From the NCBI GenBank assembly GCA_035263405.1, contig DATFRI010000095.1, positions 27,614 through 91,613 of the forward strand: DNA of 64,000 nt, read 5' to 3'. A model generated the notes under the pieces. It searched no databases and had not been told where the DNA came from. It was given only the letters and a program-made list of their open reading frames with translations. Position numbers and translations under genes: made by a program. Of this stretch, positions 43,672 through 53,537 are shown piece by piece. Numbering within the stretch: the stretch's first letter is position 1; the number at the start of each line of letters is the position of its first letter. The DNA is from Actinomycetes bacterium (lineage in GTDB: Bacteria; Actinomycetota; CALGFH01).

Positions 43672-45378
43672 TCAGCCGTACCCGCCGCCGCCGAGATCGG
43701 TCGCGACGGCATCGACGCTGAAGACGCTCCCGCTCCCGCCCCCGCCGTCGCTGACGGCGTCGGTGACGGCGTCGCCGCCGTCACCGACGGTCGCATCCGG
43801 CTCGCCGGGGTCGAGGGAGAAGGCGTCGGGCTCGAGAGACGCGCCGAGGAGGGCGCCGCCGGCACGCTCGGCGCCGGGCCGGCCGGCGTCGAGGACGGTG
43901 GCGTCGACCTCGCCGGCCGCGAGGCCGGCCGGGTCCTCCGGCGCCGTCCAGGCGTCCTCTGACACCAGGAACGCGTTGCCGGCGAAGGGGTCGGTGCCGG
44001 CCGTGACCGCGGGGCCGTGGCCGAGCGGGTCCTGCCGGTCGGCAAGCGGGGCGAGGGGGTCGGGGGCTTCGGCGGCGATGGTCGGGTCGTCGGCGGGCTC
44101 GACCGAGGACGAACGGCCGCGGCGTGAGCTGCCGCGCCCCTTCGACCCCGACCCGGTCTCCTTGGACGGCGCCGGAGCCTCGGCCGGGGCGACGGGTCCC
44201 TCGGCCGGGATCGGGGGAAGCTCGAAGAGCAGCTCCCCGCTGGGGCCGAACGCCTTACCGCCTTTGAACTGGCCGTCCTTCGGGTCCACCTTCCCGCCGA
44301 TGACGAAGCTGCCTGGCTGGATGACCCTGCCGTTTCCCATCGGCACGGGCTGGGTGAACTTCCACAGGCCACCGGGGTGGTCGGGGTAGTAGACGATGCC
44401 CTGCGCGTCCGGCTGCGGCTCCCGCTGCTCGTCGGGCGAGAGCGACAGCTCGGGGACGTACCGGCCCTGCGCGTCGTACACCCTGCCGTGGAGGACGACC
44501 CCCTTCTCGCCCTTCTCGCTCCCGATCCTGAACGGCTCGTTCGCCGGGATGATCCTCGTGCCGATGCGTTCCTCGGTCGGGAACGAGAAGGTGCCTGTCT
44601 CGGGGTCCTCGACGGCTCTGCGCATGACCTCCACAGCGGCCGCTCTCCGCTCCTGCTCGACCCGCCGCTCGGCCTGGTACCGCCCCAGCAGTTCCTGCTG
44701 CGCCGGCGTAGGCTCGGCCAGCTTGGGCCTGGCCTGCTGCGTCGCCTCCAGCGGCGGTGTCGGGGCCTTCGGGGGCTGCTTGCCGACGGCCTGGGCCAAC
44801 CGGGTGAAGGGCGCGGGCCAAGGCGTGGCGCCGGCCGCGTCGGACGTCGGCGCGGCGTCGGTCACCGTGCCGCCGTCGTCACCGCCGCCGCTGGTCGCGG
44901 GCCGCTGCCGGGACGCCACCTCCCTGATCCGTCTGGGGAGCGGGAAACGGGGATCCGGAGCGACCCCCGCCGGAGGCTCCTCACCAGACCGCTCCGGGTC
45001 CGCACCCAGGCTGGTGGCGCGGGCGGCCTCGAAGCCGCCGGCCGGGGCCTGGCCCGGCGGCGGAAGGCCGTCGAGGCCGCGCAGCAGGTGCTTCGCCTGG
45101 ACCTGGAGACGCTGATAGGCCGGGTCTGAGAGGCCGGGCGGCGGGAGCGACGAGGTGGCACTTCCACCGCCCGGCCGGGCCTCGGGCAGGGTGCCGGCGC
45201 GGGCCCGCTCGCCCGGGACGACTCCCTTCGCGAGCGCGGCCCCCTGGTAGCAGAGCGCCACCAGCAGCACCAGGCTGGCCATCAGTGCGACGGCGGTCAG
45301 GACGCGCAGCCACGCGCCCCTGGCGGTTGACGCGGTGCCGCGCGATCCTGAGCCGCCGTCGCACCGAGGAGCTGCCAT
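43672..45378 (-). CDS. signal-anchored Pro/Ala/Gly-rich protein with C-terminal GGGGYG tail (paralog of 56364-57932)
   Basis: ATG 45378 with AAGGAG RBS. TM/signal segment LRVLTAVALMASLVLLVALCY. N-terminal region is homologous to the 56364 gene (QRLQVQAKHLLRGLDGLPPP versus QQLQDRMAEARDLLVRLGGSPPP). Confidence 0.45.
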   Translation of the reverse strand: MAAPRCDGGSGSRGTASTARGAWLRVLTAVALMASLVLLVALCYQGAALAKGVVPGERARAGTLPEARPGGGSATSSLPPPGLSDPAYQRLQVQAKHLLRGLDGLPPPGQAPAGGFEAARATSLGADPERSGEEPPAGVAPDPRFPLPRRIREVASRQRPATSGGGDDGGTVTDAAPTSDAAGATPWPAPFTRLAQAVGKQPPKAPTPPLEATQQARPKLAEPTPAQQELLGRYQAERRVEQERRAAAVEVMRRAVEDPETGTFSFPTEERIGTRIIPANEPFRIGSEKGEKGVVLHGRVYDAQGRYVPELSLSPDEQREPQPDAQGIVYYPDHPGGLWKFTQPVPMGNGRVIQPGSFVIGGKVDPKDGQFKGGKAFGPSGELLFELPPIPAEGPVAPAEAPAPSKETGSGSKGRGSSRRGRSSSVEPADDPTIAAEAPDPLAPLADRQDPLGHGPAVTAGTDPFAGNAFLVSEDAWTAPEDPAGLAAGEVDATVLDAGRPGAERAGGALLGASLEPDAFSLDPGEPDATVGDGGDAVTDAVSDGGGGSGSVFSVDAVATDLGGGGYG

Positions 45379-45918
45379 CGCCTGCTCCTTGCGGAAGGCT
45401 GGAGGAGACCCGTTCCACCACAGCCTCCACCGAGGCGATTGCAGCAAGGACTCTGGGGCGTGTCGATGCGATAAAGGAGCAGCGACATTTCCACAGGAAT
45501 CCCGGACCAATGGCCCTGAGTCCCCCTTCAGTCCCCCTTCCGGATCGGGGAAACCGTAATACAGGCGAGGGTATGAGCGTCAATTGTAGCCCGTCATAAA
45601 GGCCGGGGTGGCCGCCTTCCGGCCTGCCGGGCACAGCCGGCCGTGGTCCAGGCGTCCGACCTGCCGTTCTCGGTGGATCGCAGGGTGCCGGGCCGCACCG
45701 GGAGCCACCCCGCGGCCGGCGCCACGACGCGGTCCGGCGCCGTACATTTGGGGAACGTTTCGGCAACGATTTGCACAGGCGGCGGGACCGGGAGCGCATG
45801 CGCCCGCGAGCCGCATGCCCGGCAGGTATTTGCACGCCGGCGCGGCCGGCGAGGACGCCGGGGCGGGCGGCGGCATGCGCGCCGCGCGGCCACGTGCCCG
45901 ACCGGACCGCAGCGCCGG

Positions 45919-46431
45919 TCAGAGCCGGCCGGCGATCTCGCGGGCGGCCTCGGCGGGCGTCAGGCGGGTGGTGTCCAGGATCTCGGCGACGCCGGGGAGC
46001 CATCCGAGCGCGGCCCGGTAGCCGGCGAGGTGCTCCAGCCGCCAGCGCTGCGTCTCCTGCGGGACGGTGCGGTCGTGCCAGATGCGGCGGATCAACTCGT
46101 CCTCGTCGGCGTGGACGACGAAGTGCCGGGTGGCGAGCTGCACGGCCGCCAGGCCCTCGAAGATCTGGCGCGCGTACTCGGGGCGGAGCAGGGCCGCCGG
46201 CGCGACCAGGATACCGCCGGTGTACCGGTGGACCTCGGCGGCGGTCTGCACGACCAGCGGCCGCCACGGCGGCCAGTCCTGGAAGTCGCCGACCGGATCG
46301 CTCAGGACGTGCCGCAGCATGGTCCCGACGACCGCCGGGTCGTAGATGCGAGCGCCGGGCAGGATCCGGACCAGCTCGTTCGCGGTGCTCGTCTTGCCCG
46401 CCCCGAAGGTCCCGTTCAGCCACACGATCAT
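45919..46431 (-). CDS. P-loop NTPase (TmrB/chloramphenicol-phosphotransferase-like AAA_33-type kinase fold)
   Basis: MIVWLNGTFGAGKTSTANEL Walker A near the N-terminus; 170 aa. Confidence 0.6.
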   Translation of the reverse strand: MIVWLNGTFGAGKTSTANELVRILPGARIYDPAVVGTMLRHVLSDPVGDFQDWPPWRPLVVQTAAEVHRYTGGILVAPAALLRPEYARQIFEGLAAVQLATRHFVVHADEDELIRRIWHDRTVPQETQRWRLEHLAGYRAALGWLPGVAEILDTTRLTPAEAAREIAGRL

Positions 46432-46633
46432 CGCCGGCCCCGCGCGCCGTGCCCGGCATCGAGCACACCTGCCTCCTCGAACCCTTGAAGACCGAAGGAC
46501 CCCGCACGGTAGCGGACCGCACCGACGCTCGCCGGTCCCGGCACGCCTCCGCGGGAACCCGCCGCCCACCTGGCGGCCCGTCCGGCGGTCCAGCCTGGCT
46601 GGCGCCGCTCCGGACGGTCGTGGGGTGCGCGGA

Positions 46634-48454
46634 TCACGGCGACGCCTGGAGTGGGCGGAAGACCGCGCCGGCGATCTCGGTCACGCGCGGCTTGCCGACG
46701 CAGCGGAACGCCCGCACGCCCTTGGCGAAGTCCTCCACGGTCGGCGGGAACGCCGTCGCCGACCAGCCGTCGGAGGGCAGGCTGCGGCGCGCTTCGGCGG
46801 TGCGTGAGGCCAGCATCACCTGCGTGGCGCACAGCTTGCGGACCTGCGGGTGTGCGGAGAGCGCCTTCTCGTCGGGCTTGGTGACGTCAGCCGGCATCGG
46901 CGCGACCGCGAACGTCTCCCAGACGTGGTCCTCCCCGCAGTCCCGCTGGTCCACGTTGATCCTCCCCACGATGAACACCGGCGCCGACCAGCACTCCGCG
47001 ACCCTGGTGCAGCGGGCCGACGCGGACACGGCAGCGGCGGGACACCCTTCGGCGACGGTCTGGATGCCGAGCGCCTCCACGGCGCTGCGCGCGGCCGGTG
47101 GGCGAGTCGCCGGCGGCGCCCCACCCGAACGCCCCCCACCCGCCGGCCGCGGGCCGCCGCTGATCAGCACCACCGCGACCACCACGACGACGGTGAGCAT
47201 GCAGGCCGCCGTCACGACCACCACGGCCGGACCCCGGCGCCGACGGCTGCGCCGCCCGAGCCGCTGCGCTCTGCTCCCCGGGACCGGCACCACCCCGTCC
47301 GCGGCCGCCTGCCCCGAGCCGACGGCGGGAGGCCCCAGGCCCGACGGCAGGGCGGCCGGCGGCGCAAGGCCGGAGCCGAAAGCCGCCGGCGCCTGCCCCG
47401 ACCGGGCGGCCGACGGCGCGAGCCCCGAGCCGAAAGCCGGCGGCGCCAGGCCGGACGGGGCCGCGGGCGGCGCTGCGCCCGATGCCTGGGCCGGCCCTTC
47501 CACGCCGATGGTCCGGCCTGGTGGGGGCCACAGCCCGGTCACGCGCGCCGCCTCGTCCGGCGTGTGCCAGGACACCACGCCCGGGTGACCCGGGGCGGCG
47601 GGGGGCGGCCCGGTTCCCGGGAGCGCCAGAGCGGCCAGCTCCTCGCGGAAGGCGGCGGCCGCGGGTCGCGCCGCCGGGTCGTCGGCCATCGCGTGGCGCA
47701 GGGCCCCGGTCAGCTCCCCCGGCACCCCCACCAGGTCGGGGATCGGCTCCCGGAGCAGCGCGATGATGGTCGCCAGGTCCGGCTCCCTGTCCGCCGGGAA
47801 CCGCGGCGGCCGGCCGGCCAGCAGCGCGTACAGCGTGGCGCCGAGCGAGTACACGTCGCCGGCCGGGACCGGCTCCACCAGGCGGAACGCCTCGGGCGGG
47901 GCGTACGCGGGGGTCAGCGACTCGCGCGTCGCCGACAGCTCCATCCCGGGACGCGGCATCGCGGCCAGCCCGAAGTCCGCGAGCGCCACGAACCCGTACC
48001 TGGTGACCAGGACGTTCTGCGGCTTGACGTCGCGGTGGAGCACACCGGCCGCGTGCGCGGCGGCGAGCGCGTCGGCGATCCGCACGCCGATGTCCCGCAC
48101 CTCCGCCGGCGCCAGCGGCCCCGCCGCGGCCACCCGGTCCCACAGCGACCCGTTCGGGCACAGCTCCAGGACCAGGTACGGCCGCCCGTCGGGCAGGACC
48201 CCGGCGTCGTACACGTCGACGACGTTCGGGTGGCCCGACAGGTGGCCGGCGGCGGTCACCTCGCGGACGAACCGCCGCTGGTCGCGCTCGCTGGCGAGCA
48301 TCCGCTGATCGACCTTGAGCGCCACCTCGCGGCCGACGGCGAGCTGGCGCGCGCGGTACACCGTGCCGAAGCCGCCCCGGCCGATGATCTCGAGCACCTG
48401 GTAGCCGGGGACGGCCGGTGGGGCGGCCCAGGGTGCGACGAGGGGGGCATCCAC
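46634..48454 (-). CDS. Ser/Thr protein kinase with TM segment and extracellular domain
   Basis: GRGGFGTVY...ALK glycine loop and Lys; HRDVKPQNVLV catalytic loop; DFG; APE. A Pro/Ala-rich linker and a TM (VVVVTAACMLTVVVVVAVVLI) precede the C-terminal domain. Confidence 0.8.
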   Translation of the reverse strand: MDAPLVAPWAAPPAVPGYQVLEIIGRGGFGTVYRARQLAVGREVALKVDQRMLASERDQRRFVREVTAAGHLSGHPNVVDVYDAGVLPDGRPYLVLELCPNGSLWDRVAAAGPLAPAEVRDIGVRIADALAAAHAAGVLHRDVKPQNVLVTRYGFVALADFGLAAMPRPGMELSATRESLTPAYAPPEAFRLVEPVPAGDVYSLGATLYALLAGRPPRFPADREPDLATIIALLREPIPDLVGVPGELTGALRHAMADDPAARPAAAAFREELAALALPGTGPPPAAPGHPGVVSWHTPDEAARVTGLWPPPGRTIGVEGPAQASGAAPPAAPSGLAPPAFGSGLAPSAARSGQAPAAFGSGLAPPAALPSGLGPPAVGSGQAAADGVVPVPGSRAQRLGRRSRRRRGPAVVVVTAACMLTVVVVVAVVLISGGPRPAGGGRSGGAPPATRPPAARSAVEALGIQTVAEGCPAAAVSASARCTRVAECWSAPVFIVGRINVDQRDCGEDHVWETFAVAPMPADVTKPDEKALSAHPQVRKLCATQVMLASRTAEARRSLPSDGWSATAFPPTVEDFAKGVRAFRCVGKPRVTEIAGAVFRPLQASP

Positions 48455-48549
48455 CCCGCTGTTCCTTCCATCGTGGTCGAGCTGGCGCTGGCGCAGGCGC
48501 CGGGGCCTGTGACCCTATGAACGCCTCCCCGGCAAGTCAACCAGGCACG

Positions 48550-48777
48550 TCAGCCCGCATGCCGCCGCGGCGTGCCGCGGACCTGGAGGCTGGCCAGCAG
48601 CTCCCGGGTGGCGGCCGCGACCGCCTCGACCGCTTGGTCGAACGCGGCGGCGTTGTGCGCGGCGGGCGCCCGGAACCCGGACACCTTGCGGACGTACTGG
48701 AGGGCGGCGGCGTGGACGTCGCCGTCGTCGGCGTCGACGGTGAAGGGAGGGCGGAGGGTCCTGATGCTTCTGCACAT
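48550..48777 (-). CDS. DUF2277-family small protein
   Basis: 75 aa starting MCRSIRTL, characteristic of the actinobacterial DUF2277 family. Confidence 0.5.
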   Translation of the reverse strand: MCRSIRTLRPPFTVDADDGDVHAAALQYVRKVSGFRAPAAHNAAAFDQAVEAVAAATRELLASLQVRGTPRRHAG

Positions 48778-48822
48778 GCTGACAGTATGCCCGCCGCCTG
48801 CGTCAGGCCGCGGCCGGGCCGG

Positions 48823-49806
48823 TCAGGCCGGGGTCGCCAGCGCGAGGGCGAAGCGGCCGCGGTCGTCGGTGTCCCAGCGCTCCAGGCGCAGGCCCGCCGC
48901 GGCCAGCTCGGCCTCGACCACCGGGCGGGTGAACTTGCAGGAGATCTCGGTGCGCAGCTCCTCCCCGGCGGCGAAGGGGACCTCCAGCTCCAGGGTCGGG
49001 AACCGCAGCATGACCGCCTCCGCGGCCCGCAGGCGCATCTCGATCCAGGCGTTGCGCTCGTCGTACAGGGCGACGTGCTCGAACGCCTCCACCGGGACCT
49101 CGGAGCGCAGCTCGCGGGCCAGCACCCGCAGCACGTTGCGGTTGAACTCGGCGGTGACCCCGGCCGCGTCGTCGTACGCCGCCTGCAGGACGGCCGGGTC
49201 CTTCACCAGGTCGGCGCCGAGCAGGAACCGGTCCCCCGGGCCGAGCGCGGCGGCCACGCTGGCCAGCAGCGCGGCCCGCTCCGCCGGCAGGTAGTTGCCG
49301 ATCGTGGAGCCGAGGAACGCGATCAGCCGGCGGCCGTGGTGGGGCACGTGCGGCAGGTCGGCGGTGAAGTCCCCCGCGTACCCGTCGAACCCCAGCCACG
49401 GGTAGGACTGCCACAGTGCCGCGGCCGCGCCAGCCAGCGCGTCCTCGCTGATGTCCAGCGGGGCGTAGCGCAGCCCGGTGTCGTGACGGTGCATCGCCTC
49501 CAGGAGCAGCCGGGTCTTGCGCGAGGAGCCGGAGCCCAGCTCGACCAGCTCCTCGGGCCGGACCAGCTCGACGAGCGGGTCGGCGACCGCGCTCAGGATC
49601 TCCGTCTCCGCCCTGGTCAGGTAGTACTCGGGCAGCCGCGTGATCTGCTCGAACAGCTCGGAGCCGCGCGCGTCGTAGAACCACTTCGGCGGCAGCCACC
49701 TGGGGGTGGCGGTCAGCCCGGCGGCGACGTCGGCGGCGAGCTGCTGGTGCCAGTCGGCCGGCGGTGCCAGCCGGGTGATCGACGCGAGGATTCGGACCGT
49801 GCTCAT
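48823..49806 (-). CDS. egtD: L-histidine N-alpha-methyltransferase (ergothioneine biosynthesis)
   Basis: 327 aa; YYLTRAE, LVELGSGSSRKTRLLL (SAM-binding) and the DUF2260/EgtD family signature throughout. The stop abuts the egtC start. Confidence 0.85.
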   Translation of the reverse strand: MSTVRILASITRLAPPADWHQQLAADVAAGLTATPRWLPPKWFYDARGSELFEQITRLPEYYLTRAETEILSAVADPLVELVRPEELVELGSGSSRKTRLLLEAMHRHDTGLRYAPLDISEDALAGAAAALWQSYPWLGFDGYAGDFTADLPHVPHHGRRLIAFLGSTIGNYLPAERAALLASVAAALGPGDRFLLGADLVKDPAVLQAAYDDAAGVTAEFNRNVLRVLARELRSEVPVEAFEHVALYDERNAWIEMRLRAAEAVMLRFPTLELEVPFAAGEELRTEISCKFTRPVVEAELAAAGLRLERWDTDDRGRFALALATPA

Positions 49807-50675
49807 CCGGCAGTCTCCAGGTTCGCGGTCGGGTGCTGGGCAGGCGCTCCGCCCGGGTTCGGGGAGGGGGCGGGGCGCGGGGAGGGCAGGGGGGTGAGCC
49901 TGGCCTGGCCGGGGGTCAGCTCGACCAGGTGGCGGTCCGGCAGCTCGGTCCAGTCGCCCACGTCGTCGAGCGGCTCGGAGGCGGCGAGCGCGGTGCCGTC
50001 CCGCCGGGTGGTGAACAGGGTCGCCGCGCGACGGGTGCCGCCCTGCCGCGAGCCGATCGCCGCGCGCACGCCGACGATGCGGGCGCCGTCGCAGGCCAGC
50101 ATGGTCAGCGTGGCGGCCCGCCCGGCGGCGACGCAGCGCCGCTCGACCTCGGACACCGTGGCGGCGACCGCTCCGCCGAGGCCGACCCCGGGATCCTCGC
50201 GGCGCCGGCGCGCGACCGTGAGCGCGAGCACCACCGAGTCGGTCAGCAGGCCGATCCGGCCGAGCAGGTCGTCGGGCAGCTCGGCCAGCAGCTCCCGGCC
50301 GACCGGGCCGGGGAACCCGTCGATCCGGCCGTTGTGCGCGACCGCCACGCCGTCGTTCAGGAAGGGCGCGGCCGCGGACGGGCCGTACGGCAGGCCGGGC
50401 GTGCCCGAGCGGACCGCGGCGAGCTGGGCCGTCGCCCGCAGCCTCGGCGCGAGGTGCGGCAGGTTGGGGTCCGACCACGGCGGCAGGTCGCTGGCGTAGC
50501 GCAGCGGCTCGGACTCCCCCGGCGGCCACCACACCACCCCGGTGCCGTCCACGTTGACGCTGCCCTGGTGCTGCATCCTCGGCCGGTAGGCCTGCTCGTA
50601 CAGCGCGTGCGGCAGGTCGCGCAGGAGCAGCGACAGCGGCGCCTCGGCCCCGGTCCGGGCGGCCATCCGGCACAT
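49803..50675 (-). CDS. egtC: class-II glutamine amidotransferase (ergothioneine biosynthesis EgtC)
   Basis: N-terminal Met-Cys (MCRMAART), the nucleophile position of class-II GATases; 290 aa; ATGA overlap with egtB. Confidence 0.8.
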   Translation of the reverse strand: MCRMAARTGAEAPLSLLLRDLPHALYEQAYRPRMQHQGSVNVDGTGVVWWPPGESEPLRYASDLPPWSDPNLPHLAPRLRATAQLAAVRSGTPGLPYGPSAAAPFLNDGVAVAHNGRIDGFPGPVGRELLAELPDDLLGRIGLLTDSVVLALTVARRRREDPGVGLGGAVAATVSEVERRCVAAGRAATLTMLACDGARIVGVRAAIGSRQGGTRRAATLFTTRRDGTALAASEPLDDVGDWTELPDRHLVELTPGQARLTPLPSPRPAPSPNPGGAPAQHPTANLETAG

Positions 50676-52012
50676 CAGCGGTCCCAGGCCAGCCGCAGGC
50701 CGGCGAAGATCTGGCGGCGCTGCGGGTAGTCCCAGTTGCGGAAGGTGGCGCGCGCCACCCAGCGCGAGGTCGCCCACGACGCGCCGCGCAGCACGCGGTG
50801 GTCGTCGCCGAAGAAGACCTCGCTGTACTCGGGGTAGGGGAAGCTCGAGTAGCCCGGGTAGCCGCGGAACGGCGAGGAGGTCCACTCGTACACGTCGCCG
50901 AGGAGCTGCTCCACGCCGTAGGCGGACGCGCCCGCGGGGTAGCTGCCGACCGGCGCCGGCCCCCAGCCGCTGTGGTCCAGGTTGGCGCGGGCGGGGCTGG
51001 GCGGCACGTCGCCCCACGGGTAGGGGCGGCTGCGCCCGGCGGCCGGGTCCCAGGCGCACGCCTTCTCCCACTCGGCCTCGGTCGGCAGCCGGCCGCCCGC
51101 CCAGCGGGCGAACGCCTCCGCCTCGTGCCAGCAGACGTGCTGCACCGGCTCGCGCGGGTCCAGCGGCAGCAGGTGGTCGAAGCGGCGCACCAGCCAGCCG
51201 CCCGCGCCGTCGGGCGTCCAACCCTGCGGGACGCGCTCGCCGCTCTCCTCGCGCCACGCCCAGCCCTGCGGGCTCCACAGCTCCGGGCGGTCGTAGCCGC
51301 CCGCGGCCACGAACTCCGCCCAGCGCCGGACGGTGACCGGGAAGCGGTCGATCGCGAACGCGCGCAGCTCGACCCGGTGGGCGGGGCGCTCGTTGTCGTA
51401 GGCCGCGGTGCGGTCGTCGGTGCCGAGCCGGAACGGCCCGGCGGGGATCGTGACCCGCTCGGTGTCGTCGACCGGCCGCGGGCTCGGCACCCGCCGGCCG
51501 GCGGCGGGCGGGTAGGGGTCCGCGGCGGCGCGCAGGTCCAGCGCCTGCAGCATCGTCTCCTGATGCTGGGCCTCGTGCTGGACGATCATGCGGTACACGT
51601 AGCCGCCGGCGACCAGCGGGCGGTCGGGGTCGAACGCCACCCGGCGGAGCACGCCGAGCGCGTCGGCGCGCACGTCGGCGAGGTACGCCAGCGCCTCGCG
51701 GCGGGGCAGGATCGGCAGGTCCGCGCGCGTCCAGCGCGGGTTCTCGAACGGGTTGTAGACGCGGTCCAGGTCCGGGTTGTCGGCCGGGCGGCCGTCCAGC
51801 TCGCGCAGCAGCCACAGCTCCTCGAAGTTGGCGACGTGACCCATGTCCCAGACCAGGGGGCTCATGATGCGGTCGAACTGCTGGTGGACGGCGTCGTCGC
51901 CGAGCGGGTCGGTGAGACCGAGCAGACGCCGGCGGACGGTGGCCAGCTCCCGCTCGAGGCGGTCGCGCAGCTGGTGGGTGGGCTCGGTCAGGTGGGCGGG
52001 GTCCATGCGCAC
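50675..52012 (-). CDS. egtB: hercynine/gamma-glutamylcysteine sulfoxide synthase (EgtB; DinB_2 + FGE-sulfatase domains)
   Basis: 445 aa; DinB-like N-terminal domain (HQQFDRIMSPLVWDMGHV), C-terminal FGE-type domain (RVLRGASWAT, GLRLA). Confidence 0.85.
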   Translation of the reverse strand: MRMDPAHLTEPTHQLRDRLERELATVRRRLLGLTDPLGDDAVHQQFDRIMSPLVWDMGHVANFEELWLLRELDGRPADNPDLDRVYNPFENPRWTRADLPILPRREALAYLADVRADALGVLRRVAFDPDRPLVAGGYVYRMIVQHEAQHQETMLQALDLRAAADPYPPAAGRRVPSPRPVDDTERVTIPAGPFRLGTDDRTAAYDNERPAHRVELRAFAIDRFPVTVRRWAEFVAAGGYDRPELWSPQGWAWREESGERVPQGWTPDGAGGWLVRRFDHLLPLDPREPVQHVCWHEAEAFARWAGGRLPTEAEWEKACAWDPAAGRSRPYPWGDVPPSPARANLDHSGWGPAPVGSYPAGASAYGVEQLLGDVYEWTSSPFRGYPGYSSFPYPEYSEVFFGDDHRVLRGASWATSRWVARATFRNWDYPQRRQIFAGLRLAWDR

Positions 52013-52013
52013 C

Positions 52014-53450
52014 TCACAGTCTGGTCCTGGTGGTGAGCGGCTGCGCCGCCCAGGCGAGCGCGTACGCTGCCCCGTCGGCGAGCGCGGCGCGCAGCTCGTC
52101 GGCGGGGCAGCGGCCGCGCAGCGTCAGCCGGTCGAGGAACGCCTCGGCCAGGGCGAGGCTCCCGGGCGGCAGGTGGCCGCGCGGCAGCCGGCTGGCGCCG
52201 TCCAGCGCGAACGACCACGCCTCGACGGCCAGCGCGCACAGCGCCGGGTCGCCGACGCCGGCGGTCGCCGCGCGCTGCCACAGCGCCGGCAGCCGGTCGC
52301 GGTAGGGCTCGAGCACGTGGCGCACCTGCGCCCGCGCGCGAGGGTCCTCGAGCGTGCCGGCGAGCAGCGTGACCGGGACCGCCCGCAGCGGCGCCGGCAG
52401 CGCGTCGACCGCGCGCAGCTCCATGAACCCGCGCGCGCGCACCTCGAGGAACAGGGTGGTCAGGTGGTAGCGGAGGTCGTCGTCGGTGGGCGCGCCGTGG
52501 TCGGGGTGCCCCTCGCGCAGCCAGTCGGCGAACGTCCAGCCGGGACGGCCCGCCGCCCAGCCGCCCACCCCCTCGCGGCGGACGAGCAGGACGTCGGCGC
52601 CGAGGGCGGCCAGGGTGAGCTGGTCCACGGGGTCGGCGGCGGAGCCGTCGACCAGCGCCCGCGGGAACCCGGTGCGGGTGGGGTCGACGCCCTGCCAGAT
52701 CAGGGCGCGGGCGGACACCGCGCCGGCCACCGGGCTGGCGGCGAAGGTCGCGCACGCCACCGGCGCGACCAGGTTGGCGACCAGCCAGCGCTCCTCGCGC
52801 TCGCCGGGTGGGCCGAGGTCGAGGTTGACCTGGAGCGCGCAGGTGTCGCGCATCATCATCGCCCCGTGCGGGCCGCGCCGGTCGAAGTAGGCGGCCATGG
52901 CGGGGTAGCGCGGGGCGGCGAGCTGCTGCGGGACCGGGCGGCGGGTCCACACGTCGGTCCCCGCCGAGGCGAGCACCACGCCGTGCGGCCCGAGCGCGTC
53001 GGCCAGCCGCGCGGCGCCCCCGTCCAGCTCGGCGAGCGCGCCCGACGGGCTCGGGTGCGGCGCCGTCGAGTGCTCGAGCTGGCCGCCGGGCTCGAAGGTG
53101 AGCCGGCCGCCGCCGAGCTGCCATTCGGGAGACGCCCCGGCGCCGCGGCGCACGCCGCCGGGGACGAGGGGGGTGTCGTGGATGGAGTCGTCGAGCAGGG
53201 GGGCCAGCTCGCTCAGCAGCACCCGCTCGACCGGGGAGCCGTCCGCGGCGACCCGGACCGGGAAGGTCTCCAGCTCGAGGCCGACGCGTCCAGGGCCCGC
53301 TGCCGCGGGCAGGGACGGGAAGCAGGTCTCCGCGACGATCTGGCGGACGTGATCGGGGTCGCGGACGGTCTGGGGTCGTCCGCCGTTCACGGAGCGTTGC
53401 GCTCGAGTTCCTCGATCAGCCGCTTCGGCCGTCCTTCGCGCATGTCGCAC
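52014..53450 (-). CDS. egtA: glutamate-cysteine ligase family 2 (EgtA)
   Basis: GCS2 family features; ATG 53450 with GGAAGGGG RBS; the stop is 2 nt from the egtB start. Confidence 0.8.
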   Translation of the reverse strand: MRHARRTAEAADRGTRAQRSVNGGRPQTVRDPDHVRQIVAETCFPSLPAAAGPGRVGLELETFPVRVAADGSPVERVLLSELAPLLDDSIHDTPLVPGGVRRGAGASPEWQLGGGRLTFEPGGQLEHSTAPHPSPSGALAELDGGAARLADALGPHGVVLASAGTDVWTRRPVPQQLAAPRYPAMAAYFDRRGPHGAMMMRDTCALQVNLDLGPPGEREERWLVANLVAPVACATFAASPVAGAVSARALIWQGVDPTRTGFPRALVDGSAADPVDQLTLAALGADVLLVRREGVGGWAAGRPGWTFADWLREGHPDHGAPTDDDLRYHLTTLFLEVRARGFMELRAVDALPAPLRAVPVTLLAGTLEDPRARAQVRHVLEPYRDRLPALWQRAATAGVGDPALCALAVEAWSFALDGASRLPRGHLPPGSLALAEAFLDRLTLRGRCPADELRAALADGAAYALAWAAQPLTTRTRL

Positions 53451-53537
53451 CCCTTCCGGTCCGGTGCTCGTCAGTGCTTGCTCAGCCCTTCTAGGGTAGG
53501 GGACCGGGCGGACAGCGCCAGCCGGAAGATCCCGCCC

